Source: Candidatus Marinacidobacterales bacterium
Lineage (GTDB): Bacteria; Acidobacteriota; Vicinamibacteria; Marinacidobacterales; DATDRI01
Reading direction: 5' to 3'
NCBI GenBank assembly: GCA_965219415.1
Contig: CBDCNP010000002.1
Coordinates: forward strand, 5,056,001-5,120,000
Length of the DNA: 64,000 bases
The stretch's first letter is position 1. Every line of letters starts with the position of its first letter. The translations under genes and the position numbers were made by a program. Under the pieces are notes generated by a model. The model had not been told where the DNA came from, did not search any database, and saw nothing but the letters and a program-made list of their open reading frames with translations. Shown here piece after piece: positions 19,424 to 29,508 of the stretch.

Positions 19424-19602
19424 ACGGACACCCGCCGCGGTAGCCCCAGCCTCGATTCTGGACCCCGTCCTGTGCCAAAACTCAGCCCTTTTGAATAGGC
19501 CGGTGCTTCCGCCATCAAGTGATGGAATGGACTCCTCCACTGACATAGACGGCATCGATGTGCCAAAGTCAGTCGAATACGCATCGAAAAGGAGGAGTCC
19601 GA

Positions 19603-20634
19603 ATGAAAGATACGACAATCGCTGTGGATCTTGCAAAGAACGTCTTCGAGATTGCCATCTCGGGAGAAGCGGGGAAGGTGTCCAAGCAACTCCGTGTGAG
19701 TCGACCCAAATTGGTGTCGTTCTTTGCCAAACAGAGCGCTGCCACCGTGCTTCTCGAAGCCTGCGGCTCGGCTCACTTCTGGGCAAGGACGTTCCGAAGG
19801 TTGGGACACGACGTCGTCCTGCTCCCACCTCACCTCGTGAGGCCGTATCGACGCGGGAGCAAGAACGACCGCGCCGACACGAAGGCGTTGCTCGAGGCCT
19901 ACAGGAACGAGGAGCTTCTTCCCGTACCCATCAAGTCCGTGCACCAGCACACCCTCGCTGCGCTCCATCGCCTGCGCTCAGGATGGCTCTCCACACGGAC
20001 CGCACGCATCAATGCCGTACGCGGGCTCCTGCGCGAACTCGGATTCATCATCCCAAAGGGCGCTCACTTCGTCGTGCCCGCCCTCTTCGAACTCGTCGAA
20101 GACGCTGATTCTGATTTGCCCGACGTGCTCCGTTCGCATCTCCGTGATGCCTGCTCCGAGATTCGAGAACTCAAGGACAAGTGCGCTAGCATCGAGCACG
20201 AGCTCAAGGCGCTCACCAAGCAGCTTCCTGAAGTCCAACGACTTCTCGCCATTCCCGGCATCGGACTTCTGGCCGCGACCGCCATCGTGGGCTTCGTCGG
20301 CGATCTTCGCCGCTTCCCATCGGGGCGCCGCTTCTCGAGCTACCTCGGCCTAGTTCCCAAGGAAAACTCCAGTGGCGACATTCGCCGCCTCGGACGCATC
20401 ACCAAGCGTGGCGACTCCTACCTCCGTATGCTCCTCACCCAGGGCGGGCGCGCCGTGCTCCGCGCGGCGAACGTCAGCAAGAGCCCGCCCGACAAGCTCC
20501 GCGCCTGGGCTCGGAAGGTCCACCGCTCGCGGGGACACAACAAGGCCGTGATTGCTGTCGCCAACAAACTCGCCCGGATCGTCTGGGCCGTCTCCACCCG
20601 CGAGAGTGAATTCCAGTCGCCGGTGGCCGCTTAG
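19603..20634 (+). CDS. IS110 transposase/bridge recombinase
   Basis: Same protein as copy 1 (343 aa from MKDTT). Confidence 0.93.
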   Translation: MKDTTIAVDLAKNVFEIAISGEAGKVSKQLRVSRPKLVSFFAKQSAATVLLEACGSAHFWARTFRRLGHDVVLLPPHLVRPYRRGSKNDRADTKALLEAYRNEELLPVPIKSVHQHTLAALHRLRSGWLSTRTARINAVRGLLRELGFIIPKGAHFVVPALFELVEDADSDLPDVLRSHLRDACSEIRELKDKCASIEHELKALTKQLPEVQRLLAIPGIGLLAATAIVGFVGDLRRFPSGRRFSSYLGLVPKENSSGDIRRLGRITKRGDSYLRMLLTQGGRAVLRAANVSKSPPDKLRAWARKVHRSRGHNKAVIAVANKLARIVWAVSTRESEFQSPVAA

Positions 20635-20689
20635 ATTTAGAGGCTCCACTTTCGTGTTTTCCTTTTTCCCTTCCAAAAGAGGCTGCGAC

Positions 20690-20890
20690 GATACCCATCC
20701 AACTGATGGCGTACCGGTCGGACCGGCGCGGGGTCAAGCCAATAGCAACACTGGCCCTAAGAGGTCGTTCAAAGTGATTGGCTCCTCGCGCGCGGATTTT
20801 CCATCATGGCCCGGAGCACCCAAGACGCTCCTCACTGAGGCCGAAGATACGTTTGCAGTCTGACCCACTCGTCACGACGCGATGGATGCG
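20690..20890 (+). ncRNA. Predicted bridge/seek RNA in the IS110 right non-coding end (boundaries approximate; also 16520-16720 -, 50624-50824 +, 56466-56666 -)
   Basis: Loop 1 (stem AGCCAAT/ATTGGCT) holds AGCAACA and AAGTG, matching the target; loop 2 (stem GCGGA/TTTGC) holds TTCCATCA and AGATAC, matching the circle junction. Confidence 0.8.
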
Positions 20891-20969
20891 CAGCTTCGAT
20901 GGAAGATTTATTAAGAAAGGGGCGTGACTAGAAAGAAAGGGGCTTGACTAGAGGAGTCCAGATATGTTG

Positions 20970-21814
20970 CTACGCGGCTGTGGGCAGTGGTACAGGTGCG
21001 GAAGAGACCGGGTTGCGCGCCCTACTGAGCACGAAAACCTCGATCCGCGACCACAAAGGAATCGTCGTCGCCAAGAAGATGTCTCGAAAGGTGAGCCGTC
21101 GCGTGGTCAGACCAGCCTGCATAGCCGGAGTTCGGATCTCACGTCCGAACTTCAGAGCTCCGTGCGGTCGGACGAAGTTGTAATAGCAACGGAGCAACTC
21201 CAGGTGCTCATCGAGCCTCTCCGTCGAGCGAGTGTGGGAAAGCGTTCGTCTCGAAAGGTATGCCGAGCTTTGCCGGATGGTCAGATTTAACCGCTCGATG
21301 AACGACGTGTTCAATGTCGAAGAGTCCTCGGAGTTATTGAGCGCGTCATCAAATCGCCACGCAGCTCCGTGCAGCGCTCTGCGTTCGACCTTGATGATGC
21401 GATCGTTCCTGCGCGTCTTGAGGACCTGGCCATAAAGACACGCCGGACCGAAGAAGCGACGGATGACTTTCTGGTAGAATTCGAATCCATCCGTGACGAT
21501 CAAGGGAAGACGCTCGAAATTCATCCGTCTCGAAAGGTCGCGAAACAGAGCGTGAGTGTTCCGGTAGCTTCGCCTTCCCGTCGCCGTCGATGGCCAGAGC
21601 CGAGACCAGACTTCGATTGTAACGAAGACCCAACTCGGTGTCTTCTTGTTGCCCGCGAACGTGCGAATCTCGTCGGCTTGAAGCTCTTCGGCGGCGAAGC
21701 CAGCGATCCTTCTGTGATTGAATCGACGACACACTTGGGCTGCCTTCTCGAGCCAGCGGGCGACGGTGTTCCAGGCAATCCCTTTGATCCGGGAAATCGA
21801 GGAAATGCTGACAC
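20970..21814 (-). pseudogene. IS1-family-like DDE transposase, 5'-truncated by the neighbouring rve element
   Basis: ELQADEI, IVTDG, NTSFIERLNLTIRQ, YNFVRPH, TPAMQAGLT. Confidence 0.8.
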
Positions 21815-23098
21815 TGTGCATCGTCAAAACTGCTCCGCCCACGAAATCAAGGACTTACGCTCCGCTTGAATTCCGGGCCGAAGACGGCGAAACTCCGCCG
21901 CTATGCTCAACGTTGTTGTCTTCCTCGTCTCACTTGGGGTCCGTGCCATTCGGGCGATGTGTCGGCGCCGCGCCGACCTGGTGTTGGAGAACGTCGCTTT
22001 GCGGCAGCAAGTGACGGCGCTGAAGAAAGAGCGCCCACGGCCCACCGCTCGACGACACGGAACGGGCTTTCTGGGTTGCCCTTCGAGGTTCGTGGCCCGT
22101 GTGGGCGAGCCGCCTGCTCATCGTCCACGCGGACACCGTAGCCCGTTGGCATCGCGACCGATTCCGACGGTACTGGGCAAAGATCTCGCAGCGCCGCCAT
22201 CCCGGTCGGCCTCGGATTGATGCCGAGATTCGTCGCCTCGTCCGCACGATGGCGCAAGACGGCTGGGGGGCGCCACGCATCCATGCTGAGCTCACCAAGC
22301 TCGGTTTCATCATCTCCGAGAGCACGGTGTCGCGATACCTGCCGCGGCGTCCCGCGGAGCCCGACCAGCTGAAACGATGGATGGCTTTCTTGCGCAACCA
22401 TAAAGACGATATCGCCGCCATGGATCTGTTCACCGTGCCCACCGCGTCGCTCCGGCTGCTGTACGGCTTCTTCGTCATCGAGCACGGTCGCCGGCACATC
22501 GTTCACTTCAACGCCACGTTCCACCCGACGTCTGCTTGGGTTATTCAGCAACTGCGTGAGGCGTTTCCCTACGACACCGCTCCGAGATATCTCATCTTCG
22601 ATCGCGACTTCATCTTTAACGCTGCGGTCATCGAGTTCATCAAGGCAACGGGCACAAAACCCGTTCGCACTTCGTTTCGCAGCCCATGGCAAAACGGAAC
22701 CGCGGAGCGGTGGGTCGGCAGCTGCCGTCGCGAGCTCCTTGAGCACGTCGTGGTTCTCGGCGCATGTCATCTCATCCGGCTCGTGCGAGCTTACATCAGC
22801 TACTATCACGAGGACCGTTGCCACTTGGGGCTGAACAAGGACACACCGAGCTTGAGAACGGTCACGCACCGACCGTCTCCTACGGCGAAAGTAGTCGCAC
22901 TGCCGCGAGTCGGTGGACTGCACCATCGATACGAGTGGCGAGAGGCAGCCTGAGTCAGCTTGGTCGCTCGCGTTACTCGGCTGGTCGCCGAGAAGTTCGT
23001 CCTCAGCACCTTCCCTCGCGCGCTGACCACGCTCTCCAGCATGTGCTCGAGGGCGGTCCGGGCCCTAGAGTCCAGTCCCGGATTAATGATGATGGACA
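21815..23098 (+). mobile_element. rve (integrase-core, IS481-like) element with frameshifted transposase at 21903-22953
   Basis: Left end TGTGCATCGTCAAAAC, right end ..AATGATGATGGACA; ENVALRQQ, WGAPRIHAEL, DLFTV, SPWQNG, GGLHHRY; frameshift near 22046. Confidence 0.75.
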
Positions 23099-23697
23099 GG
23101 CGCGGTTTCAAGTCATGGTGCGAAAACGCTGCTCTCGAGTACCGCTCACACTTGGGATTAAACTGCGACGACCCGCTTGATCCCCGCGACCTTGCTCGTC
23201 ACCTCGGCGTCTTGGTCTGGACTCCGCGCGAGGTGCCCGACGTCTCAGAGCAGAGCATCGAACAGCTGACGGAAGTCGACCCAAGCAGTTGGTCAGCCGT
23301 CACGGTCACCATTGGCGAACAGAACCTCGTCATCTTCAACACCGCACATGCGCAGACCCGCCAACGCAATAGCCTGGCACACGAACTTGCGCACGTAATA
23401 CTGAACCATCATCCTACCGCGACCAGCATCTCTGAGGAAGGGTTTTTATTCAGGGACCGTTTCGACACCGAACAGGAAGAGGAGGCTGACTGGCTCGCCG
23501 GTTCGTTGCTGTTGCCGCGGGACGGGCTACTAAGCGTGTATCAGAGGACTTCATCAACCGCAGGCATTGCCAGGACGTTTGGTGTCAGCACCCAATTGGT
23601 CGAGTGGCGTCTGCGGATGACTGGCATCATCAGGCAGACCGAACGCGCATCCCGAAAATGGCGGCGACCTGCTCCTCGAAAACTGGTTCAAAACTGA
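23086..23697 (+). CDS. ImmA/IrrE (M78) metallopeptidase, CapP-like
   Basis: RQRNSLAHELAH (HExxH) and EEEADWLAGSLLLP. Confidence 0.85.
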   Translation: MMMDRRGFKSWCENAALEYRSHLGLNCDDPLDPRDLARHLGVLVWTPREVPDVSEQSIEQLTEVDPSSWSAVTVTIGEQNLVIFNTAHAQTRQRNSLAHELAHVILNHHPTATSISEEGFLFRDRFDTEQEEEADWLAGSLLLPRDGLLSVYQRTSSTAGIARTFGVSTQLVEWRLRMTGIIRQTERASRKWRRPAPRKLVQN

Positions 23698-24034
23698 GTT
23701 GAACTGGAGGTGAGAGGCGCGGTCACGAAGCGAAAATAGAATAGTTCAATCGCTGGATTCGGACTAGAGACACGTCCGTTAAGAAGCGAATTCTAGAAGA
23801 TAGTGAAGATGACTGTGCTGCCACGGGAAGATGGAGTGAAACTAATTTAGCTTGCGAGCCAATCCCCCAGCGTTCCGTTCGCGTTTTCGGATACGACGGG
23901 GTCAACTCCAATGTAATAGCCGTCTTGAGTTGGATACTTTTAACGGAACTCGGAGTATGATCAGAAGAGCGGGAGGGGTGGTCTACTACGATGGCTGAAG
24001 ATTCCGTCGAAGACTATGAGGGTTGACGTCTGCT

Positions 24035-24784
24035 ATGGGGAAGAAGACTTGGCTCAACCTCTTTGCCTTGAGCGACGAGTACGATCGTTGCGCTCGTCTA
24101 GCGCCCGCGCTCACGTCGCTGTTGCCGCTACTTCCACTGACGATCACACTCGGCGGAAGCCGTGTGGAGTGGGGCGCTGTTCTCGGCGGGACAACGGGGG
24201 TCTTCGCTCTTGGTTGGCTTGCACTCGCCAATCTTGCATCAGTGTTCGGTAACCGTTTGCAGAAGCAGCTGTGGCCCAACTGGCCGTTCGACGCACCGAC
24301 AAATGTCCGCCTCATGCCGGACAATCCCGATACTTCGCCGCAGCAACGATCCAGATGGTACGGGCAGATCAAGAAGATCACGGGCCTCGATTTGCAGGCC
24401 GAAGCGGAGCAAAGAAATACTGTAGTGGTCCGCGCCACGGTCAACGATGCGGTCGAACGACTCCGCAACCATTACAGACGTGGGAAGAGTCGTTCTCGCT
24501 ACGAGCAGGAAAACATCCGATATGGATACGCCCGCAATCTTGTCGGCCTGCGTCCCGTGTGGCTTGCCTTGTCTGCCTTTGGTTGCCTTGGATCTTGGGC
24601 AGCGCATCTTTGGGCCCATGGTGATTTCTCCTGGGCGATGATTTCGACGGTCGCTCTTGTCGTCCTAGCGCTAATTGCGCGTATCTTGCCAGCTTATGTT
24701 CGAACGCGCGCGCGGTACTACACGGAGGTCTTCTTTCAACTCCTAGACGAGGAGGCCTCGCGGCGCGGTGACGATGCGGTTTGA
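24035..24784 (+). CDS. Conserved multi-TM hypothetical protein (possible defence effector)
   Basis: Two hydrophobic helix pairs; YDRCARLAPAL and ENIRYGYARNL motifs; stop overlaps the next gene. Confidence 0.6.
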   Translation: MGKKTWLNLFALSDEYDRCARLAPALTSLLPLLPLTITLGGSRVEWGAVLGGTTGVFALGWLALANLASVFGNRLQKQLWPNWPFDAPTNVRLMPDNPDTSPQQRSRWYGQIKKITGLDLQAEAEQRNTVVVRATVNDAVERLRNHYRRGKSRSRYEQENIRYGYARNLVGLRPVWLALSAFGCLGSWAAHLWAHGDFSWAMISTVALVVLALIARILPAYVRTRARYYTEVFFQLLDEEASRRGDDAV

Positions 24785-25553
24785 AATCCTCAACGTCGAC
24801 CACGGATTCTGTGCTTACGCCCAAGGCTCGGATGGGCGAGTACTTCTGTTTGATTGCGGGCATTCCGACAACATCCGTCCGTCGCAGTATCTTCCAGCCC
24901 GAGGGATTAATGTTGTCCAGCGTTTCTTCGTGATGAACTACGACGAGGACCATATCAGCGATCTGCTTGCAGTGCGTCGCAACCTCGACATTCGCATCCT
25001 TACGCGCAACTCAAGTCTCACATCGTCGCAGATTCGGTCTCTGAAGACACTGCCGATCAGTCCCTCCATGAAAGAACTCCTCGGCATGGTCGACACGTTC
25101 ACCGCTGAAATTGAGGCGTGGGATCTGGAGCCAGCGGGCCTTCAGGTGAGGTTTTTCTACAACAATTACCCCGTGTTCACTGATACCAACAATCTCAGCT
25201 TACTTGTTTTCCTGGACGTTGGAAGCGTTTCGTTTGCTCTGGCCGGTGACCTTGAGCGAGCTGGTTGGCTTGAACTCCTCGAGAATCCGGGTGTACGCAC
25301 TCTACTTGGGTCCGTCAACGTCTTTGTGGCCTCACACCACGGACGCGAAAACGGGTATTGCAAGGAGGTATTCGATTTTTGTTCTCCTTCGCTTATCGTG
25401 ATGTCTGATGGAACCATCCAATACGATACTCAGAAGATGGCTACCACCTACGCGCAACACGCGAGCGGCGAGTATTTCGTCTCCGGGGGGACCCGGGAAT
25501 TCCGCAAGGTCGTCACAACTCGAAAAGACGGGAACATATTCTGGGAAATCTAA
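24774..25553 (+). CDS. ComEC/Rec2-like MBL-fold hydrolase
   Basis: ILNVDHGFC, FDCG, NYDEDHISD, NNLSL, GDLE, ASHHGR. Confidence 0.8.
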   Translation: MRFEILNVDHGFCAYAQGSDGRVLLFDCGHSDNIRPSQYLPARGINVVQRFFVMNYDEDHISDLLAVRRNLDIRILTRNSSLTSSQIRSLKTLPISPSMKELLGMVDTFTAEIEAWDLEPAGLQVRFFYNNYPVFTDTNNLSLLVFLDVGSVSFALAGDLERAGWLELLENPGVRTLLGSVNVFVASHHGRENGYCKEVFDFCSPSLIVMSDGTIQYDTQKMATTYAQHASGEYFVSGGTREFRKVVTTRKDGNIFWEI

Positions 25554-25589
25554 GTGTGGCCAGCAGCCTCGATGAAGGTGACCTGACCC

Positions 25590-25780
25590 CGTCGTGTCCA
25601 AAAACACAAACGAACTCAAGACCGGTGCGCCGGGGCGTTTCGGATGAGAGGTGTCTAGGGTTGGTTGGCAATGGGAGCTAGAATGAGAGGTCTGCTCGGG
25701 AGCGCCTATCGCAGAGCCAATGCCGCGTCGGCTGGTCTCTGCGAATTTCGAGAACGCCGTTCGGGTTTTCGGACACGACG
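25590..25780. mobile_element. MITE bounded by C-type termini
   Basis: CGTCGTGTCCAAAAACAC ... GTTTTCGGACACGACG; the C end recurs at 11411, 16009, 26428, 34778, 45020, 53762, 53848. Confidence 0.7.
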
Positions 25781-25881
25781 CCATTGAGCAGAGCTACCCT
25801 CCTTGGCCCGGTCGCAAACACAGTCACTAAGCTGCTGATTTGATGGTGAAATTCAAGAGGGCCGAGTTTTGGCACAGGACG

Positions 25882-26290
25882 GGGTCGCGGCTGGAACTGA
25901 TTGGCTTGCCGGCGCCGTTTCTTCCCGGACTGCTAGTGCTTCCGCTAGTGCTGTGTCTAGTACTGCATTGGCTGCATCTTGGTCTGCCCATGCTGCGTCC
26001 AGCATCGCATCGGTAGCGGCGGAAAGCGCTGTTTGCACCTCTTCCTTCGTTCTTCCGGCAGCGCGTTGTCGGGCTGCCCAGGCTGTCGCTGACTTTAGCC
26101 AAGTGCTCTGTGGTTCCGTACTTTCTGCGGGGAGTGGATCGATCAAATCCGCGCTTTTAGTTTGCTCTATGCGTTGGTCGGCGCTTTCTGATGCCGCGCT
26201 GGAAGGGGCTGTCTCATTCTCTGGAGCAGGCACCAGCAAGGCGATCAATAGCAGTAGACCAATTCCGATGAGCACTGTCTTCGTCGTCAT
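25882..26290 (-). pseudogene. Membrane-anchored Ala-rich hypothetical protein, 3'-truncated at an A terminus
   Basis: N-terminal TM; ORF runs into the A end at 25881. Confidence 0.5.
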
Positions 26291-26764
26291 CGAGCCGCAC
26301 TCTCAACGAGCGTTCTGCGCCAGCATCCTGGAGCCGCTTCACCGCTGCGTGCCCGGGCGTCACCGAAATTCGGGATGGAGGTCTGTGATGCTAACTGAAC
26401 TAGGAAGACAATTTTCGCATTATACCCATCGTGTCCAAGAACACCAACGGACACAAGACCGGCGCGCCGAGACGTTTCGGATTAAACATGAGCACGTCGG
26501 TCCAGCCCTTCACATGGTTGGTGGTCTCCATCGCTGGTTGGACCAGCGTGACCAACGGACTGCTATCGTCTACTGGCTCGAGGAGAACAGAGTCCTCGTA
26601 TGCCCAGCCGGTGGACGCCACCACGCGGGACGCGCCGGTGATCGAGCCGCTGCGGACCGTAATCGCGGCCAATCCAAAGATGCCGGGAATTTACTGATGG
26701 ACAATCACTTCATCCAGGGAGCAGATTGGTCAAGCAGGTCAATCGTGAGAATATTGGACCGAGC

Positions 26765-27403
26765 ATGAAGAAACGTTCCCTCCGATACGCTGGCGACCAG
26801 GCCGTTCGCACTCTATTGGAACGTTATGCGTGCCCGACGTCATTCCATGTCGTCCGCACACGACTCCTCGGCAACATCGCGACGCCCAAGCTCGACGCAT
26901 CGCCACTCCGAGCTATAGAGAGCTGTTGGGAAGGTGAGTTGCCGGGGTTCGACAATGTCGGCGCAGCCAGTGAGCTATTCGAGTCCCTGATGGGGCTTTG
27001 GAACGAACTGGCAAGGCATCAATCGGCAACCAAGCCGTTCCGTTTGACACGGATGGAGGCCAAGCCGGATACGGATGACATTCGCCGCTTGTGCCGGACC
27101 CGCACCGAGGAGCTTGAAGGCTTCATCGACGGACTGTTCGGTGACGCGGAGTCCATGGAGCTGCCCGAACGGGCCAACGAGGCTCTGGACAACCTCGGCC
27201 AGATCTATGCCATGACCCGCGGTATCATCGATCTCCTGAAGAGAGAGTCGGCATCAGAGGGGGACCTTAGGGGAATTCTCAAGGACATTGGGGAGCTCTC
27301 ACACATCGCAGAGAAAGAACTGCACGCAGTGATGCTTGCCTGCAATCGCGCCCGCCAACAGACCCTTTCCACTATCGCCGTGGGCAAACCCACCGTCCAT
27401 TGA
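26765..27403 (+). CDS. Hypothetical helical protein
   Basis: 212-aa ORF with protein-like composition ending KPTVH; no function recognised. Confidence 0.6.
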   Translation: MKKRSLRYAGDQAVRTLLERYACPTSFHVVRTRLLGNIATPKLDASPLRAIESCWEGELPGFDNVGAASELFESLMGLWNELARHQSATKPFRLTRMEAKPDTDDIRRLCRTRTEELEGFIDGLFGDAESMELPERANEALDNLGQIYAMTRGIIDLLKRESASEGDLRGILKDIGELSHIAEKELHAVMLACNRARQQTLSTIAVGKPTVH

Positions 27404-27525
27404 AGGGAAGTGTCACAAACAGCCGGAAGTAGTTCTCACCAGGGCGATGTCCCGGGAGTGGCGTCGCTCAGATGCCGACTTGTAACGTTGCCAGTGGATC
27501 AAGTTTTGGCACAGGGCGGGGTGAA

Positions 27526-29508
27526 CTAACTTTCCTGCGCGCCATACTGGGGACCGGCAAAGAGAGCAATAAGGAATCCGGCCGCCAAGCGGATCTCTCG
27601 CAGCATATTGAGACCGATACGATCCACTCTGAGCAGCACCCATACCCGTCCATGGCGTAGTCGCTCGTGGAAACTTGCCCAATAATTCTCGAGATCCCGC
27701 CGGGTCTCTCGGAGTCGACTCACACGAAGCACGGAAAGCTTCTCCCGCGCCAGGCTCAGACGCGAAGGGACCTCCAGTGATGGCGTACGGGTACGGGTGC
27801 GAGCGAAGGCCGTCTGGAGCTCCGACACGCGGAGGCTACGCCGGAGCTCGTTGCGCATCCGGCCCAGCTCTTCCACCACTCGATTCTCCGTCTCACTTCG
27901 CCGGCGCGTTTGGAGCCAGAGCTCTTCCATCTCCAAGGTCAGGCGGATGGTGTCGCGACAGTACCGATAGATCTCGGGAGCGCGCCGAAAAGCGTGAGCC
28001 AGCCAACCCTCGCGGGTGTATCCGGGGCGTCTCGTCCTTCGATCCTTGAGACGGAAAAACCCTGCGATCATGGGATGCGTTCCTTCATTCAAGGCCGAGT
28101 TCTTGTACCAATAGAAATTCCGCAGGATGCCCCAGTAGTTCTTGGGATCGGCGTTCGACAAGATCTCCCTCATGTTGTCGAACGAATAGAACGTCCGCCA
28201 TGCTTTCTTGTACGCGCGCGTCCAGGCGCCGTTCTTCATGAGTGGGTGCGGCAAACTTTCGTGGAAAGAATCGTAGGTGTTGAAGTCGGGATCGAGCTTT
28301 GTCCCCGCCTCCACCATCGCCTTATGGTCCCTGGAACCCGGCAGGGGCGTCATCATGAAAAACGAAGCCCGCTGCGGTCGAACTTCCGACATCAGCCCGA
28401 CAACATCCTCATGGATGCTCTCCTCGGTATCCTTCGGGAAACCAATGATGTAGCCGACGTGGGTGCTCACCTTTGCCGCGTGCCAGGCGTCTATCAGCTC
28501 GCGGTACTGTTTCACGTGGTTCTGCGTCTTCCCCACATCTTTGAGATTGCGAGGATTGATACTTTCCATCCCGATGAACACGTTGCTACAACCTGCACAG
28601 GCCGCTTTTTCCACGAATCGTGGAATCTTGTAAGAGAGGGTATCCACCTGGATCATAAACGTGACCGGAACTCCCTCCTCTTCCTTGAGCTTGATCAGAC
28701 GATCGAACACCTCCTCCCACGACGGGTTTCGAGCGAAATCGTCGTCGGTGAAGAAATAGAAATCGATACCATGCTCCAAGTAGTTCTGACGTAGCGTCTC
28801 GGCGATGCATTCGGGAGAGCGGTGACGGCTCTTTCGGCCCTGCACGTTGATGATGGTACAAAAAGAACAATTGAAGGGGCAGCCGCGACTGCAGTCTACA
28901 GTACCAAAATTGGAGGAAAGGAACTTTCGTAGGTAAGCCGTGTTGATGAGAGGCCGCGGGGCCTCGAAGAGATCAGGGAGGTCGTTCAAGAATCGATAGA
29001 TCGGTTGCAACTCGTCGATGAACGCATCTCGCAGCAACTGATCCCAGCGATGTTCCACTTCTCCGGCGACCACGGTGACGCCGGCGTCCAACAGGCGCTG
29101 TATCTCCGGGGAGATTTCTGGGAAAAGAGCCATGACACCGCTCACGTGGAAGCCACCGATGAGCACTTGAACTCCGTCCTTGCGCAACTCCAACGCGATG
29201 TCGGATGCACGGCAGAACTGGTTGCTCTGCACTCCGACCAGACAAACCACCACCTTTTCGTTCTTGCGGCGGTTTATTCGTGCGATCTTACCGAGCGGGA
29301 GCTTGTCCACCGCCTCATCGAAGGTCTGAACGCGTAGATCCACCATCCTCAGGAGGCGCCGGCGCCTCACCTCCTCGGTCAGGCCGTGCAAGCAGGCCAG
29401 CGTATTGCTTGGAAGAACCCCTCGCCAATGCCGCATCACGTAGCCTTGGTCGTCGTACTTGGACGGCTTTATGAGAAAAACACGGAAGATTGACGGCTGG
29501 GAGCTCAT
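27526..29508 (-). CDS. B12-binding-type radical SAM protein
   Basis: SRGCPFNCSFC motif preceded by an IGGFH-type N-terminal domain; FIGMES, YIIGFP, TPLPGS. Confidence 0.85.
   Translation of the reverse strand: MSSQPSIFRVFLIKPSKYDDQGYVMRHWRGVLPSNTLACLHGLTEEVRRRRLLRMVDLRVQTFDEAVDKLPLGKIARINRRKNEKVVVCLVGVQSNQFCRASDIALELRKDGVQVLIGGFHVSGVMALFPEISPEIQRLLDAGVTVVAGEVEHRWDQLLRDAFIDELQPIYRFLNDLPDLFEAPRPLINTAYLRKFLSSNFGTVDCSRGCPFNCSFCTIINVQGRKSRHRSPECIAETLRQNYLEHGIDFYFFTDDDFARNPSWEEVFDRLIKLKEEEGVPVTFMIQVDTLSYKIPRFVEKAACAGCSNVFIGMESINPRNLKDVGKTQNHVKQYRELIDAWHAAKVSTHVGYIIGFPKDTEESIHEDVVGLMSEVRPQRASFFMMTPLPGSRDHKAMVEAGTKLDPDFNTYDSFHESLPHPLMKNGAWTRAYKKAWRTFYSFDNMREILSNADPKNYWGILRNFYWYKNSALNEGTHPMIAGFFRLKDRRTRRPGYTREGWLAHAFRRAPEIYRYCRDTIRLTLEMEELWLQTRRRSETENRVVEELGRMRNELRRSLRVSELQTAFARTRTRTPSLEVPSRLSLAREKLSVLRVSRLRETRRDLENYWASFHERLRHGRVWVLLRVDRIGLNMLREIRLAAGFLIALFAGPQYGAQES

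Larger units (their letters stand above)
19522..20964 (+). mobile_element. IS110 family (IS1111 type), copy 2
   Basis: Same sequence as copy 1 in inverted orientation; junctions CATCAAG-TG|ATGG and AGATA|TG-TTGCTACG. Confidence 0.93.

Noticed and set aside
20704-20711. TGATGGCG in the IS110 non-coding end as an extra guide matching the target IR
   Set aside because: It lies in a CCATC/GATGG hairpin and resembles a generic IS1111 leader motif; an 8-nt match outside the guide loops is probably chance.
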